Below are positions 1-8,353 of a DNA stretch of 64,000 bases, piece after piece. A program made the position numbers and the translations under genes. Under the pieces are notes generated by a model. The model had not been told where the DNA came from. It saw only the letters and a program-made list of their open reading frames with translations, and did not search any database. Within the stretch, counting starts at the first letter, position 1; the number at the start of each line of letters is the position of its first letter. Source of the DNA: Alphaproteobacteria bacterium (lineage in GTDB: Bacteria > Pseudomonadota > Alphaproteobacteria > UBA9219); assembly GCA_041908065.1 (NCBI GenBank), contig JAYRGC010000039.1:2481-66480 (forward strand). The letters run 5' to 3'.

Positions 1-30
1 CATGGAAGATACCGAGTGAACAGGTGGTGG

Positions 31-597
31 CTATTGTACCAGCATTTCTTGAAACAACACATCACGCACACGAACCGGTTGCGCTGCCTCGGTGACGCGG
101 AGCAAAAGCTCCTCCCTCAGGCGGTAAAGGCCAGCCGAGCCGCGCAGGTCGTCTACCCGCAGTTCCCGCAGGTAAACCTGAAAATTGTCGATTATGCGCG
201 GTTTAATCGATTCCATCACGGCCACGTCTTTTTCCTCGGCTAATTCTATAGCTATTTTTAGCTTTAGGTAATTGGGGCGTTTTCCTTCGCCGCTGAGGTT
301 GACCAATATGTCGCCCAGCTGGAAGAAGGTCGATTTGGTTTCCTTGGCTTTCGAGGCGTCTTCCGCGTTCGCCGCTTCGTGCGCGTCTTGGCCGGATTCC
401 GCGTGTTTTCCGCCGATGATTCCGGCGAAATACAGTCCGGCCGCCGTTCCTCCGCCCAGCAGCAGGACGCCGCCCACCGCCGCCGCGATCAGCAGCAATT
501 TCTTTTTCGATTTCTTGCCGCCGCCTTCCTGTTCGCCTTCGGCCGGTTCGGGATTTTCTTCGCTTTTATCGGCGGCTTTATCGTCGGTCTTGGCCAC
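31..597 (-). CDS. fliL: flagellar basal body-associated protein FliL
   Basis: 188 aa with an acidic/Lys-rich N-terminus, a single TM helix and a FliL-like C-terminal region (LKIAIELAEEKDVAV...IIDNFQVYLRE). Divergent from flgF. Confidence 0.7.
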   Translation of the reverse strand: MAKTDDKAADKSEENPEPAEGEQEGGGKKSKKKLLLIAAAVGGVLLLGGGTAAGLYFAGIIGGKHAESGQDAHEAANAEDASKAKETKSTFFQLGDILVNLSGEGKRPNYLKLKIAIELAEEKDVAVMESIKPRIIDNFQVYLRELRVDDLRGSAGLYRLREELLLRVTEAAQPVRVRDVLFQEMLVQ

Positions 598-786
598 TTC
601 AACCCCCTGATCGGTTGTAATGATTAGCTTGCGGACTTTTGCGGCGGTTCGCCTGAAGGAAACGCCGGCGCATGATGCGCGGAGCGGGCAGAATCACTTC
701 TGCCAAGGATATAGATAGAGCGTTTCGCGTGAAAAGGCCACTTTTGGTTTGCGTCGGCCGTCGCCGACATTCATCCCAAATAAATT

Positions 787-802
787 TGGCACGCATCGTG
801 CA
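787..802 (+). promoter_or_regulatory. sigma54 (RpoN)-type promoter candidate for the flgFGAH operon
   Basis: tTGGCACGcatcGTGCA gives GG-N10-GC spacing matching the -24/-12 consensus YTGGCACG-N4-TTGCW. It sits about 65 nt upstream of the flgF ATG. Confidence 0.45.
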
Positions 803-867
803 TATATGCGCCCGTAGCATGGTTCCTTCGGTTTTTTTCCATCACACGCGGTTTCGGGGCTTGGCGC

Positions 868-1611
868 ATGAAAGCGGCTGGACTTGTCCTTATCTCCTAT
901 CAGGACTCCTTGGCGAGGTCGATGGACGTCGTCGCCAACAACATCGCCAATGCGACTACCACCGGATTCAAGCGTGAAGACACTGTTTTCAACACGTTCA
1001 TCCCCCGTCCGGCCGCTCCGAAGGATCGGATAGAGTTCGCGGTGGACAAGGGGACTTTCCGCGACACAGCGGCAGGTCCGACGCTTAACACCGGAAATCC
1101 TTTGGACTTAGCCATTCAGGGCGAGGGGTATTTCCCAATCCAAAGCGCGGCAGGGACGATGTACACCCGAGGCGGCGCGTTCCAGTTGAACGATCAGGGA
1201 GAGATAGTCACGGCCTCCGGCGAAAGGCTTCTGGGCGACGGGGATCAGCCGATAACCCTGCCGTCGGACGCTTCGGACATTCTTATTTCCTCGGACGGCG
1301 TGGTCACGGCCAAAAGCGGAACCGACAAGGAAGCCTTGCAAGCTGGCAAGATAAAGCTGGTCAAATTCGCCGACGAGCAAGAGCTGCAACCGGTAGGAAA
1401 CGGGTTGTACAAGACCGCGCAACAGCCGGAGGCCGAGACTTCCGTGCGCGTCGTGCAGGGCGCGTTGGAAAATTCCAACGTCAAGTCCGTGATCGAGATA
1501 ACCGACATGATAGGCGTCATGCGTTCCTACCAGATGGCGGCGCGGCTGATAGACCTTGATAACCAAAGGCAGACCGGGGCTATCGCCCGTCTGTTCAAGA
1601 CCAACGTGTAG
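868..1611 (+). CDS. flgF: flagellar basal-body rod protein FlgF
   Basis: Rod protein N-terminal motif VVANNIANATTTGFKRE and C-terminal rod domain (LENSNV...MIGVMRSYQ). It is the first gene of flgF-G-A-H. The N-terminus is atypical and the start is uncertain. Confidence 0.85.
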   Translation: MKAAGLVLISYQDSLARSMDVVANNIANATTTGFKREDTVFNTFIPRPAAPKDRIEFAVDKGTFRDTAAGPTLNTGNPLDLAIQGEGYFPIQSAAGTMYTRGGAFQLNDQGEIVTASGERLLGDGDQPITLPSDASDILISSDGVVTAKSGTDKEALQAGKIKLVKFADEQELQPVGNGLYKTAQQPEAETSVRVVQGALENSNVKSVIEITDMIGVMRSYQMAARLIDLDNQRQTGAIARLFKTNV

Positions 1612-1641
1612 ACAGCAAACGGCGCATAAGGAGAATACGAA

Positions 1642-2427
1642 ATGAGATCTTTGAGCATAGGCGCGACTGGCATGGCGGCTCAACAGCTGAATGTCTCTGT
1701 CATAGCCAACAATATCGCCAACATGTCAACGACCGGATTCAAACGCTCGCGCGCCGAGTTCCAAGACATGCTTTACGAAAATCTGCGCCGCGTCGGTTCG
1801 GCTTCCTCGGACGCCGGAACGCTCTTGCCCTCCGGCTTGCAGGTGGGGTTGGGCGTGCGTCCGGTGGCCACGTACCGCATAAACGCCCAAGGCAATTTGA
1901 ACGTCACCAACAACCCGTACGATTTGTCCATAAACGGGCGCGGGTTTTTCCAGGTGCAGATGCCGGACGGAACGACGGCATATACCCGCGCCGGATCGTT
2001 TCAGCTGGATCAGAACGGACAGCTGGTGACGCCCGACGGATTGCCGGTGTTGCCCTCGATAACCGTTCCTCAAAACGCCTTGTCGGTCACCATCAATCCG
2101 AGCGGACAAGTCATGGCTAAGTTGGATGGACAAGACGCCTTGCAAAATTTGGGGCAGTTGCAGCTGGCGACTTTCGTCAATCCGGTGGGCTTGGAATCCA
2201 TCGGCGACAACCTGCTGCGCGAGACTCCGTCGTCGGGATCGCCTGTGGTAGGAAATCCGCAGGCGGCCGGTTTCGGTAAGCTGATTCAGGGATCGCTCGA
2301 ATCCTCCAATGTGGACGTCGTTAACGAAATAACCTCGCTGATAACCGCCCAGCGCGCCTATGAAATGAACTCCCGCGTCATCAAGACGGCTGACGATATG
2401 TTGGCCACTATCAGCCAGTTAAGGTGA
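1642..2427 (+). CDS. flgG: flagellar basal-body rod protein FlgG
   Basis: MRSLSIGATGMAAQQLNVSVIANNIANMSTTGFKR...LESSNVDVVNEITSLITAQRAYEMNSRVIKT is a classic FlgG. There is a good SD upstream. Confidence 0.9.
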   Translation: MRSLSIGATGMAAQQLNVSVIANNIANMSTTGFKRSRAEFQDMLYENLRRVGSASSDAGTLLPSGLQVGLGVRPVATYRINAQGNLNVTNNPYDLSINGRGFFQVQMPDGTTAYTRAGSFQLDQNGQLVTPDGLPVLPSITVPQNALSVTINPSGQVMAKLDGQDALQNLGQLQLATFVNPVGLESIGDNLLRETPSSGSPVVGNPQAAGFGKLIQGSLESSNVDVVNEITSLITAQRAYEMNSRVIKTADDMLATISQLR

Positions 2428-2431
2428 TAAC

Positions 2432-3418
2432 ATGATGCGACGCTTTAATATAATCGGCGCGATTTTGCTGGGGGCGGCGTTGCTGGTCTCGGGGGCGTCG
2501 CCGCTTGCTGCAGGAGGCGGCGTGGCTTTGCGTCCGTCGGCGCAAGTAGATGCCAACGCGATAAGGCTGAGCGATCTGTTTTCGGGACTGCCCGAAGGGG
2601 TAGATCGCGAGATTGCGGTTGCTCCGGCTCCGGGGAAAACCGTGTCTTACGGGGCTGGAGCCTTGGCCAGAACGGCGCGACTTTACCGCATCGACTGGCA
2701 ACCGCAGAGCATGGGCGACAGGGTCGTGGTGACGCGCTCGGCTGTCAGCATAACCGCCGAGATGCTAAGCGGCGCGGTTTTGGAGAAAATCGGCAGGAAA
2801 AAGGACGGGGCGCGGGCGGAAGTGTTGTTCGACAACCGCGATGTTTCCGTCAAGCTGCCGTCGTCGGCTTCCGGCGACTTCACGCTCGAAAATTTCTCCT
2901 ACGACGACAAGGCGCGGCGTTTCCGCGCCGTGGCGGTGGCCGATGGCGGAGATGGGTATCCGCAGGCGCGGCTTCCTGTGGCGGGGCGGATCGTTTTGCA
3001 GCGCGAGTTTCCGGTTTTGGCGCGGCGGCTGGCGGCCGGAACCGTTATCGGAGCGTCGGATCTTGATTGGGCGACCATGCCGGACGATCGCGTCAGCGTC
3101 GACTATGTGTCCAACTCGGATGAACTGATAGGGCGAGAGCTGCGGCGCGACACGGCGGAAGGAACGCCATTGCGCTCCCGCGATGTGGCCGCGCCTAGGT
3201 TGGTGCTGCGGGGCGGGTTGGTCACCATGAAGATGGAGACGCCCAACATGGTCATCACCGCCCAAGGCCGCGCCTTGCAAGACGGCGCTAAGGGCGAGGC
3301 GGTGCGGGTCGTCAACACGCAAAGCAACCGCACTGTCGATTGCGTGGTCGAGGAATCCGGAGTGGTCAGCGTTATGTCCATGCGGAAGTTGGCGTCTGCC
3401 GAAAGGACGGAGAGATAA
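2432..3418 (+). CDS. flgA: flagellar basal body P-ring formation chaperone FlgA
   Basis: Signal peptide, SAF-like C-terminal domain, and position between flgG and flgH as in Caulobacter-type operons. Confidence 0.7.
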   Translation: MMRRFNIIGAILLGAALLVSGASPLAAGGGVALRPSAQVDANAIRLSDLFSGLPEGVDREIAVAPAPGKTVSYGAGALARTARLYRIDWQPQSMGDRVVVTRSAVSITAEMLSGAVLEKIGRKKDGARAEVLFDNRDVSVKLPSSASGDFTLENFSYDDKARRFRAVAVADGGDGYPQARLPVAGRIVLQREFPVLARRLAAGTVIGASDLDWATMPDDRVSVDYVSNSDELIGRELRRDTAEGTPLRSRDVAAPRLVLRGGLVTMKMETPNMVITAQGRALQDGAKGEAVRVVNTQSNRTVDCVVEESGVVSVMSMRKLASAERTER

Positions 3419-3419
3419 G

Positions 3420-4265
3420 ATGGAAAACACCGGATTTATAGAAAAGAACGGAGACGGCGAAGATCTGGGGCCAGCGCGCGATGAAACCGTGCAGCTTATG
3501 CCCAAGGAATCCGGAGTGACGGAGCTTTTAGCCAAGGCGGCCATTGTGGCGGCAGTTCTTTCCCTGCTTTCGGGATGCAACGCCTTGAACCGCTTGAACG
3601 AGGTAGGGTCGCCGCCGCGTTTGGCCTCGGTGCAGGATCCCAGCCGCATTGCGGGGGCTACGCCGGTAAGCATGCCGATGCCGCGCATGGAAACCGGAGA
3701 ACGGTTGCCTAATTCCCTGTGGAGAACGGGATCGCGGACGTTTTTCCGCGATCAACGGGCGGGACGGGTAGGGGACGTGTTGACTGTGGTTATCAGCATC
3801 GACGAGAAAGCCCAGCTGCAAAACCAGACCAAGCGTTCGCGGCAAAACTCGGACGATGCCGACGTTACCAATCTGTTCGGCTACGAAGGCAAGCTGGCCG
3901 AATGGTTCCCAACCGGAGTGGATCCCACTTCGCTGGTCAGGATGGGAAGCAACACCAGCAACGACGGCAAGGGATCAGTCGACAGGTCGGAGAAAATCAA
4001 CCTGCGCGTCGCGGCGGTGGTCACCCAAGTTTTGCCCAACGGCAATCTGGTCATAGCCGGCAGGCAACAGGTGGTGGTCAACTACGATCTGCGAGAATTG
4101 CGGGTAACAGGCGTTATCCGCCCCGAGGACGTAAGCTCGGAAAACACGGTCAGCTACGATCAGATAGCCGAAGCCCGCATCGCTTATGGCGGTCGCGGAA
4201 TGATCAACGACATGCAGCAACCTAGGTACGGGAGTCAGGTGCTGGATATACTCATGCCGTTCTAA
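3420..4265 (+). CDS. flgH: flagellar L-ring lipoprotein FlgH
   Basis: Lipobox LLSGC and FlgH-conserved blocks (GDVLTVVISIDEKAQLQN...NLVIAGRQQVVVNYDLRELRVTGVIRPEDV). The start overlaps the flgA stop (ATGA-type coupling), with an alternative start at 3498. Confidence 0.85.
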   Translation: MENTGFIEKNGDGEDLGPARDETVQLMPKESGVTELLAKAAIVAAVLSLLSGCNALNRLNEVGSPPRLASVQDPSRIAGATPVSMPMPRMETGERLPNSLWRTGSRTFFRDQRAGRVGDVLTVVISIDEKAQLQNQTKRSRQNSDDADVTNLFGYEGKLAEWFPTGVDPTSLVRMGSNTSNDGKGSVDRSEKINLRVAAVVTQVLPNGNLVIAGRQQVVVNYDLRELRVTGVIRPEDVSSENTVSYDQIAEARIAYGGRGMINDMQQPRYGSQVLDILMPF

Positions 4266-4273
4266 GAGAGTGT

Positions 4274-4510
4274 TCAGCCATCCTGCGGGAGCGCGGTGGT
4301 CAGGGCTAGGGCGTGGAGCACTCCGCCGACGCGCCCTTGCAGGGAGGCGTAGACCAGACGGTGTTGTTGTAGCCGAGTTTTGCCGATAAAGGCCTTGCTT
4401 TCCACATAGGCGGCGAAATGATCCCCGTCGCCGCGCAGATCCTTGACCTCCACCCGCGCGTCGGGGAAGGCCGCCTTTATCAATCGCTCTATTTCTCCAG
4501 TTTCCATCAT
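4274..4510 (-). CDS. bolA: BolA-family protein
   Basis: IERLIKAAFPDARVEVKDLRGDGDHFAAYVESKAFIGKTRLQQHRLVYASL matches the BolA fold signature. The annotated ORF start at 4597 is probably too long; an internal Met was chosen. Confidence 0.7.
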   Translation of the reverse strand: MMETGEIERLIKAAFPDARVEVKDLRGDGDHFAAYVESKAFIGKTRLQQHRLVYASLQGRVGGVLHALALTTALPQDG

Positions 4511-4747
4511 GTTCGGCATGTTGCACATGTTTGTCTTTTCTGTCGAGCCGATACTCGCGATGTTTGAAGCAATCCCATATAATAATTTGATGCACACCAG
4601 AAACGAAACTGAGGCCTTATGGCTTTATACGCTATCTCTATGATTTTAAACAAAACTATCGGCCAATTCGGTTTGTGATATGGGAATTGTTGCCTTGCCT
4701 TAATGATATTTTTGTGGAAGATTGCGGCAAGTCTTTCTTAATCATCA

Positions 4748-7393
4748 ATGGGTTATAAAGGCCAAATGCATATTGGAATAGATCTTGGAACTTCCAACAG
4801 CGTTATCGCTGGGATAGTCGACGGAGAGGCGAGGGTATTTCATCCCGCCGACGGCGGCGAGGTTTTGCCTTCGGTCATATATATCGACAAGCGCGGTCAT
4901 CGCCTTTATGGGCGCAGGGCGCACGATCAGGCTTTGGTGTCGCCGGAAAACGTGGCCTCGGGCTTCAAGCGTCTGATGGGCACGTCGACGCCGATAACGG
5001 TCAAGGGGGCGGAGGTCACTCTTACGCCGGAGGAGTGTTCGGCGGAGATAATTCGCCAGCTTTTGGGGCAAGTGACTACTGAAACCGGCGAGGAGAATTT
5101 CGACGGCGCGATTATAACCATTCCCGCCGCCTTCAATCAGATGCAGTCCGAGGCCACTTTGCGCGCCGCTCGCATGGCCGGATTGGAGCGCGTTGATTTG
5201 ATACAGGAGCCGATCGCGGCGGCTTTGGCCGCGATGGCGGGGGCTAAACGATCTGGGCAGTTCCTTATATACGATTTAGGCGGCGGAACGTTCGACGTGG
5301 CTTTGGCTCAGGCGATAGAGGGCAACGTCAGCATTGTGGCGCACCAAGGCATCAATATGCTGGGTGGACGCGATTTCGATCGCATGATAGTGAACGAGAT
5401 TGTCCGTCCGTGGCTTGTCGCCAATTTCGATTTGCCCGACAACTTCCAGCGCGATCCGCAATATGCGCGGCTTATCCGCATCGCCCAGCTGGCCGCCGAG
5501 AAAGCCAAGATAGACCTTTCCTCGCTGGAGGAGGCCTCGATATTCGCCTCCGACGACGAAGTTCGCTTGATGGATCAAAACGAGAGCGAGATATTCCTCG
5601 ACGCGCCTATAACCCGCGCCCAGTTTGAAGAGATAATCCGCGAGCCGGTGATGCACACCATAGATATGGTGCGAAAGCTGTTGGAGAGCAACAATTACAG
5701 CAACGACGACATCGACCGCATAGTCTTCATCGGCGGTCCCAGCCGCATTCCGATGGTGCGTGAGATGGTGTCGGAGGAATTGGGCATCGCTCCGGATCTT
5801 CGCACCGATCCCATGACGGCGGTGGCTATGGGAGCCGCTCATTATTGCGAGGGGCGGGAGTGGGACAAGGCCAAGGTTAAAGATTTCAAACCGGCGGCGT
5901 CGCCCGCCGCTGTAGGCGGCGGCAGTTCGCCCAAACCCAAGCACGCTTCGGTGTCGGTTCCTTATCAGGCCACGGCGGAGGTCAAGCCTGCGGCCAAGAC
6001 GGGGGCGGCGGCAGCGGCGGGGACAGCGGGTTTCGGGGTCACCTTCGATTACGATCGACGCACCACGGCGGAAAAAACCGTGCTGGCTTTGCATATAACC
6101 GGAAAGGCTAAGGACGATAATCAGGTTCGCATTTTCGCAGACGGTTGGGATTCCGGAGTGTTGCCTTTGGTGGACGGATTGACCGTGGTGGTTCCTTTAC
6201 GTTCCATGGGCGAAAACCGTTTTCGTTCGCAGGTATTGGACGCCTCCGGCAAGCCTATCGACGGATACGACGGCGACATAACAGTGACGCGAGTGGTGGC
6301 CATGGTCGGCAACATTCCCGCCGCCCAAACCATCGCCGTCAAGGTTTTGGAAAACCCCCATTCCCGCGAAAACGCCTTGATGACTTTGGTGGCCAAGGGC
6401 TCGCCTTTGCCTGCCGAAGGCCACGTCCGTTTCACCAGCGGACGTACGCTGCGATCCGGCGGCGCGGGGTATGTCGGCGTCGAGTTGTTTCAGGTCGAGT
6501 TTCCCGAGCGCGTGGATTTGAATCTGTGCATCGGCATGTTCAGGATAGACGGATACGATCTGCCGTCCGGAGCCGAGATAAAGGCCGGAGATCCTATATC
6601 GTTCGATTGGAACATGAGCGACGGCGGCATACTTCAGGCTACCGTCACGTTGCCCAAGATCGGATTGGAATTGCGCGCTCCTCGTTTTTACGCGCCGCAA
6701 TCGGGACAGGTGTCGTTCAGCGGCGAGGAAGGCAACGCCTTCGCTTCCTCGGTTCTTGATCGCGGCGACGAGGAATGGGGGGATCTGGCGGCGGCTTTGG
6801 GGCCGGACGGCGGGCCGGAAGCGCAGATGCTTCACTCCAGATTGCTGGAGCAGCGCGACGTGTTGAGCGAAGCAGCCGGAGACGCAGAAACCGTGCGCCG
6901 CGTTGTCGAGGAAGCCCGCTTCGTGCGGCAGGACATAGCGCGGCTGGGGCGCAAGCACATAGTTCGCACGTTGCAGCGGCGGTTGGGCAAATTGGTCGCG
7001 GTGTTCAACCGCGTCGCCCGTTCTTCCGCCGAGCAGGAGGAGGAGGCGAGGTTCGAGGAGCTTGAAGGCGCGGTGCAGAGGATAATCGACGACGGCGACG
7101 CCGCCGCTTGCGACGACGCGGCGATTTATCTCAGCGAAATGCGGAATCTGTTCTTCGGCGTGGTATGGCGCGACGACGACTATATCGCCACTTGGTTCAA
7201 ACGCCTGTGCGGCGAGCCGTATTTGTTCACCGACAAGGAAGTTTTCGCTGCCATGGTCGAAGAGGGCGAAGCCTTGCTGGCCAAAGGCGATCGCCCCGCC
7301 ATGCGGGATCTAGTCGCCAGAATGCTGGACGCTCGCATAGCTCTGGGAGTAAACGATATGGCCGGAGAGTTGGCCACCATAGTGAAGGCGTGA
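4748..7393 (+). CDS. atypical long Hsp70-family ATPase (non-DnaK paralog, HscC/YegD-like NBD plus divergent SBD and long helical C-terminal extension)
   Basis: The actin-like ATPase motifs are present: IGIDLGTSNSV (phosphate 1), IYDLGGGTFDVAL (phosphate 2) and the adenosine motif VFIGGPSRIPMV. A beta-sandwich SBD-like region is recognisable (ISFDWNMSDGGILQATVTL). The total of 881 aa is much longer than DnaK. The probable true start is 4766 (MHIGIDLG) with AAGG upstream. Confidence 0.8.
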   Translation: MGYKGQMHIGIDLGTSNSVIAGIVDGEARVFHPADGGEVLPSVIYIDKRGHRLYGRRAHDQALVSPENVASGFKRLMGTSTPITVKGAEVTLTPEECSAEIIRQLLGQVTTETGEENFDGAIITIPAAFNQMQSEATLRAARMAGLERVDLIQEPIAAALAAMAGAKRSGQFLIYDLGGGTFDVALAQAIEGNVSIVAHQGINMLGGRDFDRMIVNEIVRPWLVANFDLPDNFQRDPQYARLIRIAQLAAEKAKIDLSSLEEASIFASDDEVRLMDQNESEIFLDAPITRAQFEEIIREPVMHTIDMVRKLLESNNYSNDDIDRIVFIGGPSRIPMVREMVSEELGIAPDLRTDPMTAVAMGAAHYCEGREWDKAKVKDFKPAASPAAVGGGSSPKPKHASVSVPYQATAEVKPAAKTGAAAAAGTAGFGVTFDYDRRTTAEKTVLALHITGKAKDDNQVRIFADGWDSGVLPLVDGLTVVVPLRSMGENRFRSQVLDASGKPIDGYDGDITVTRVVAMVGNIPAAQTIAVKVLENPHSRENALMTLVAKGSPLPAEGHVRFTSGRTLRSGGAGYVGVELFQVEFPERVDLNLCIGMFRIDGYDLPSGAEIKAGDPISFDWNMSDGGILQATVTLPKIGLELRAPRFYAPQSGQVSFSGEEGNAFASSVLDRGDEEWGDLAAALGPDGGPEAQMLHSRLLEQRDVLSEAAGDAETVRRVVEEARFVRQDIARLGRKHIVRTLQRRLGKLVAVFNRVARSSAEQEEEARFEELEGAVQRIIDDGDAAACDDAAIYLSEMRNLFFGVVWRDDDYIATWFKRLCGEPYLFTDKEVFAAMVEEGEALLAKGDRPAMRDLVARMLDARIALGVNDMAGELATIVKA

Positions 7394-7413
7394 CACAAGA
7401 AAAGGGGGGCGGC

Positions 7414-8157
7414 ATGTCGATAGTTTCTTTTGCTCCGGCGTCGGAAGACGAGGCGCGTTCATTGCTGCGCGACATTGGCGCGGAAGTTAACTGGCCGTTG
7501 GGCAACGGCAGGACGGAGGATGTCCGCCTGTCTGCGGATTCCGTTCAAGTGATGGTCGCGGCATTGCCGTTTTACGACGAATATCGGATGTATTCGCTTT
7601 CCGACCGCTCTCAACCCGCGCCGAACACACGGTACGTTCTGGCCAAGGAGGGGGATATAGGCCTGTTGAATTGGACTAACGAGCCGATATACCTGATAAA
7701 CCAAAAGGCTCCGATAAAGCTGGATCGCAAGACGTTGGTCGCCTATTCCAAGTTTTTCTTCCATTACGTCCGCAACGAATTGGGGCGTTTCGTCATAGTT
7801 GAAAAGCCGGAGGACGTGGCGTGGCTGCCGGAGGCCGACGAGAAGGAAAAGGCCGCCGTCGCCGCCAAGCTGAAGCCGGTCACTTACAAGGGCATCGGGC
7901 GCGATAACTTGTTTTCTCTGGATTGCACAGTTATGTTCCGCAACGCTTTGTTTGCCACCAGCATCAAGGTCGCTCCGTACGAACTTGACGCCTTCGATCC
8001 AGAACAGGGGGCGACCGAGCATATGATCGTCGGGCAGATAAAACTCACCAACGGCGATTTGCTGCTCGAGGATTTACACGTCGATGTCGACCCCCCGCCG
8101 CAGGAGCTTAACAGCCCCAAGATAACCGAGATGAAAGACGAAGATTTTCCCGAATAA
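7414..8157 (+). CDS. hypothetical protein co-transcribed with the Hsp70 paralog
   Basis: The ATG is 20 nt after the Hsp70 stop and is preceded by AAAAGGGGGG. It encodes a 247-aa acidic cytoplasmic protein with no recognisable domain. The longer annotated ORF N-terminus overlaps the upstream gene and is rejected. Confidence 0.55.
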   Translation: MSIVSFAPASEDEARSLLRDIGAEVNWPLGNGRTEDVRLSADSVQVMVAALPFYDEYRMYSLSDRSQPAPNTRYVLAKEGDIGLLNWTNEPIYLINQKAPIKLDRKTLVAYSKFFFHYVRNELGRFVIVEKPEDVAWLPEADEKEKAAVAAKLKPVTYKGIGRDNLFSLDCTVMFRNALFATSIKVAPYELDAFDPEQGATEHMIVGQIKLTNGDLLLEDLHVDVDPPPQELNSPKITEMKDEDFPE

Positions 8158-8170
8158 ATTAAAGATATTT

Positions 8171-8247
8171 GCGCCCTTAGCTCAGTTGGATAGAGCGGCT
8201 GCCTTCTAAGCAGCAGGTCAGAGGTTCGAATCCTCTAGGGCGCGCCA
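8171..8247 (+). tRNA. tRNA-Arg (anticodon TCT)
   Basis: Cloverleaf: acceptor GCGCCCT/AGGGCGC, D-arm GCTC..GAGC, anticodon stem GCTGC/GCAGC with loop CTTCTAA, T-arm GAGGTTCGAATCCTC, discriminator plus CCA encoded. Confidence 0.85.
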
Positions 8248-8265
8248 GTTTTCGAAGCCTCGTGT

Positions 8266-8347
8266 TTCCCTGAGCCTGTCGAAGGGAACTTACGCGATCA
8301 AAGCGCGGCAATCTCCCGCAGTCGCTTCGACAGGCTCAGCGACCGCG
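8266..8347. repeat. family-C palindromic repeat (core GAGCCTGTCGAA / TTCGACAGGCTC in inverted orientation)
   Basis: Two copies of the 12-nt core in opposite orientation, each flanked by short IRs. The same core recurs at 19125-19184, 36265-36289, 37797-37808 and 38054-38078. Confidence 0.8.
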
Positions 8348-8353
8348 TTTCGA

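Noticed and set aside
16-243. 75-aa ORF on the plus strand
   Set aside because: Lies antisense within fliL and has no recognisable features; a typical high-GC spurious ORF.
5276-6094. 272-aa minus-strand ORF
   Set aside because: Lies antisense inside the Hsp70-paralog gene, is Arg/Gly-rich with low complexity, and is a product of high GC.
4748-7393. Calling the Hsp70-family gene dnaK
   Set aside because: It is 881 aa with a divergent N-terminus (IGIDLGTSNSVIAGI) and a long unique C-terminal extension, with no grpE/dnaJ neighbours. It is better treated as a non-canonical paralog.
7108-7413. N-terminal 102 codons of ORF 7108-8157
   Set aside because: Overlaps the 3' end of the Hsp70-paralog gene in another frame and is Arg-rich junk. 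The real start is the SD-preceded ATG at 7414.
8171-8247. Genomic island integrated at tRNA-Arg
   Set aside because: No integrase, no direct repeat of the tRNA 3' end, and the downstream gene is housekeeping lysS. Only the upstream Hsp70 module is mildly suggestive of accessory DNA.
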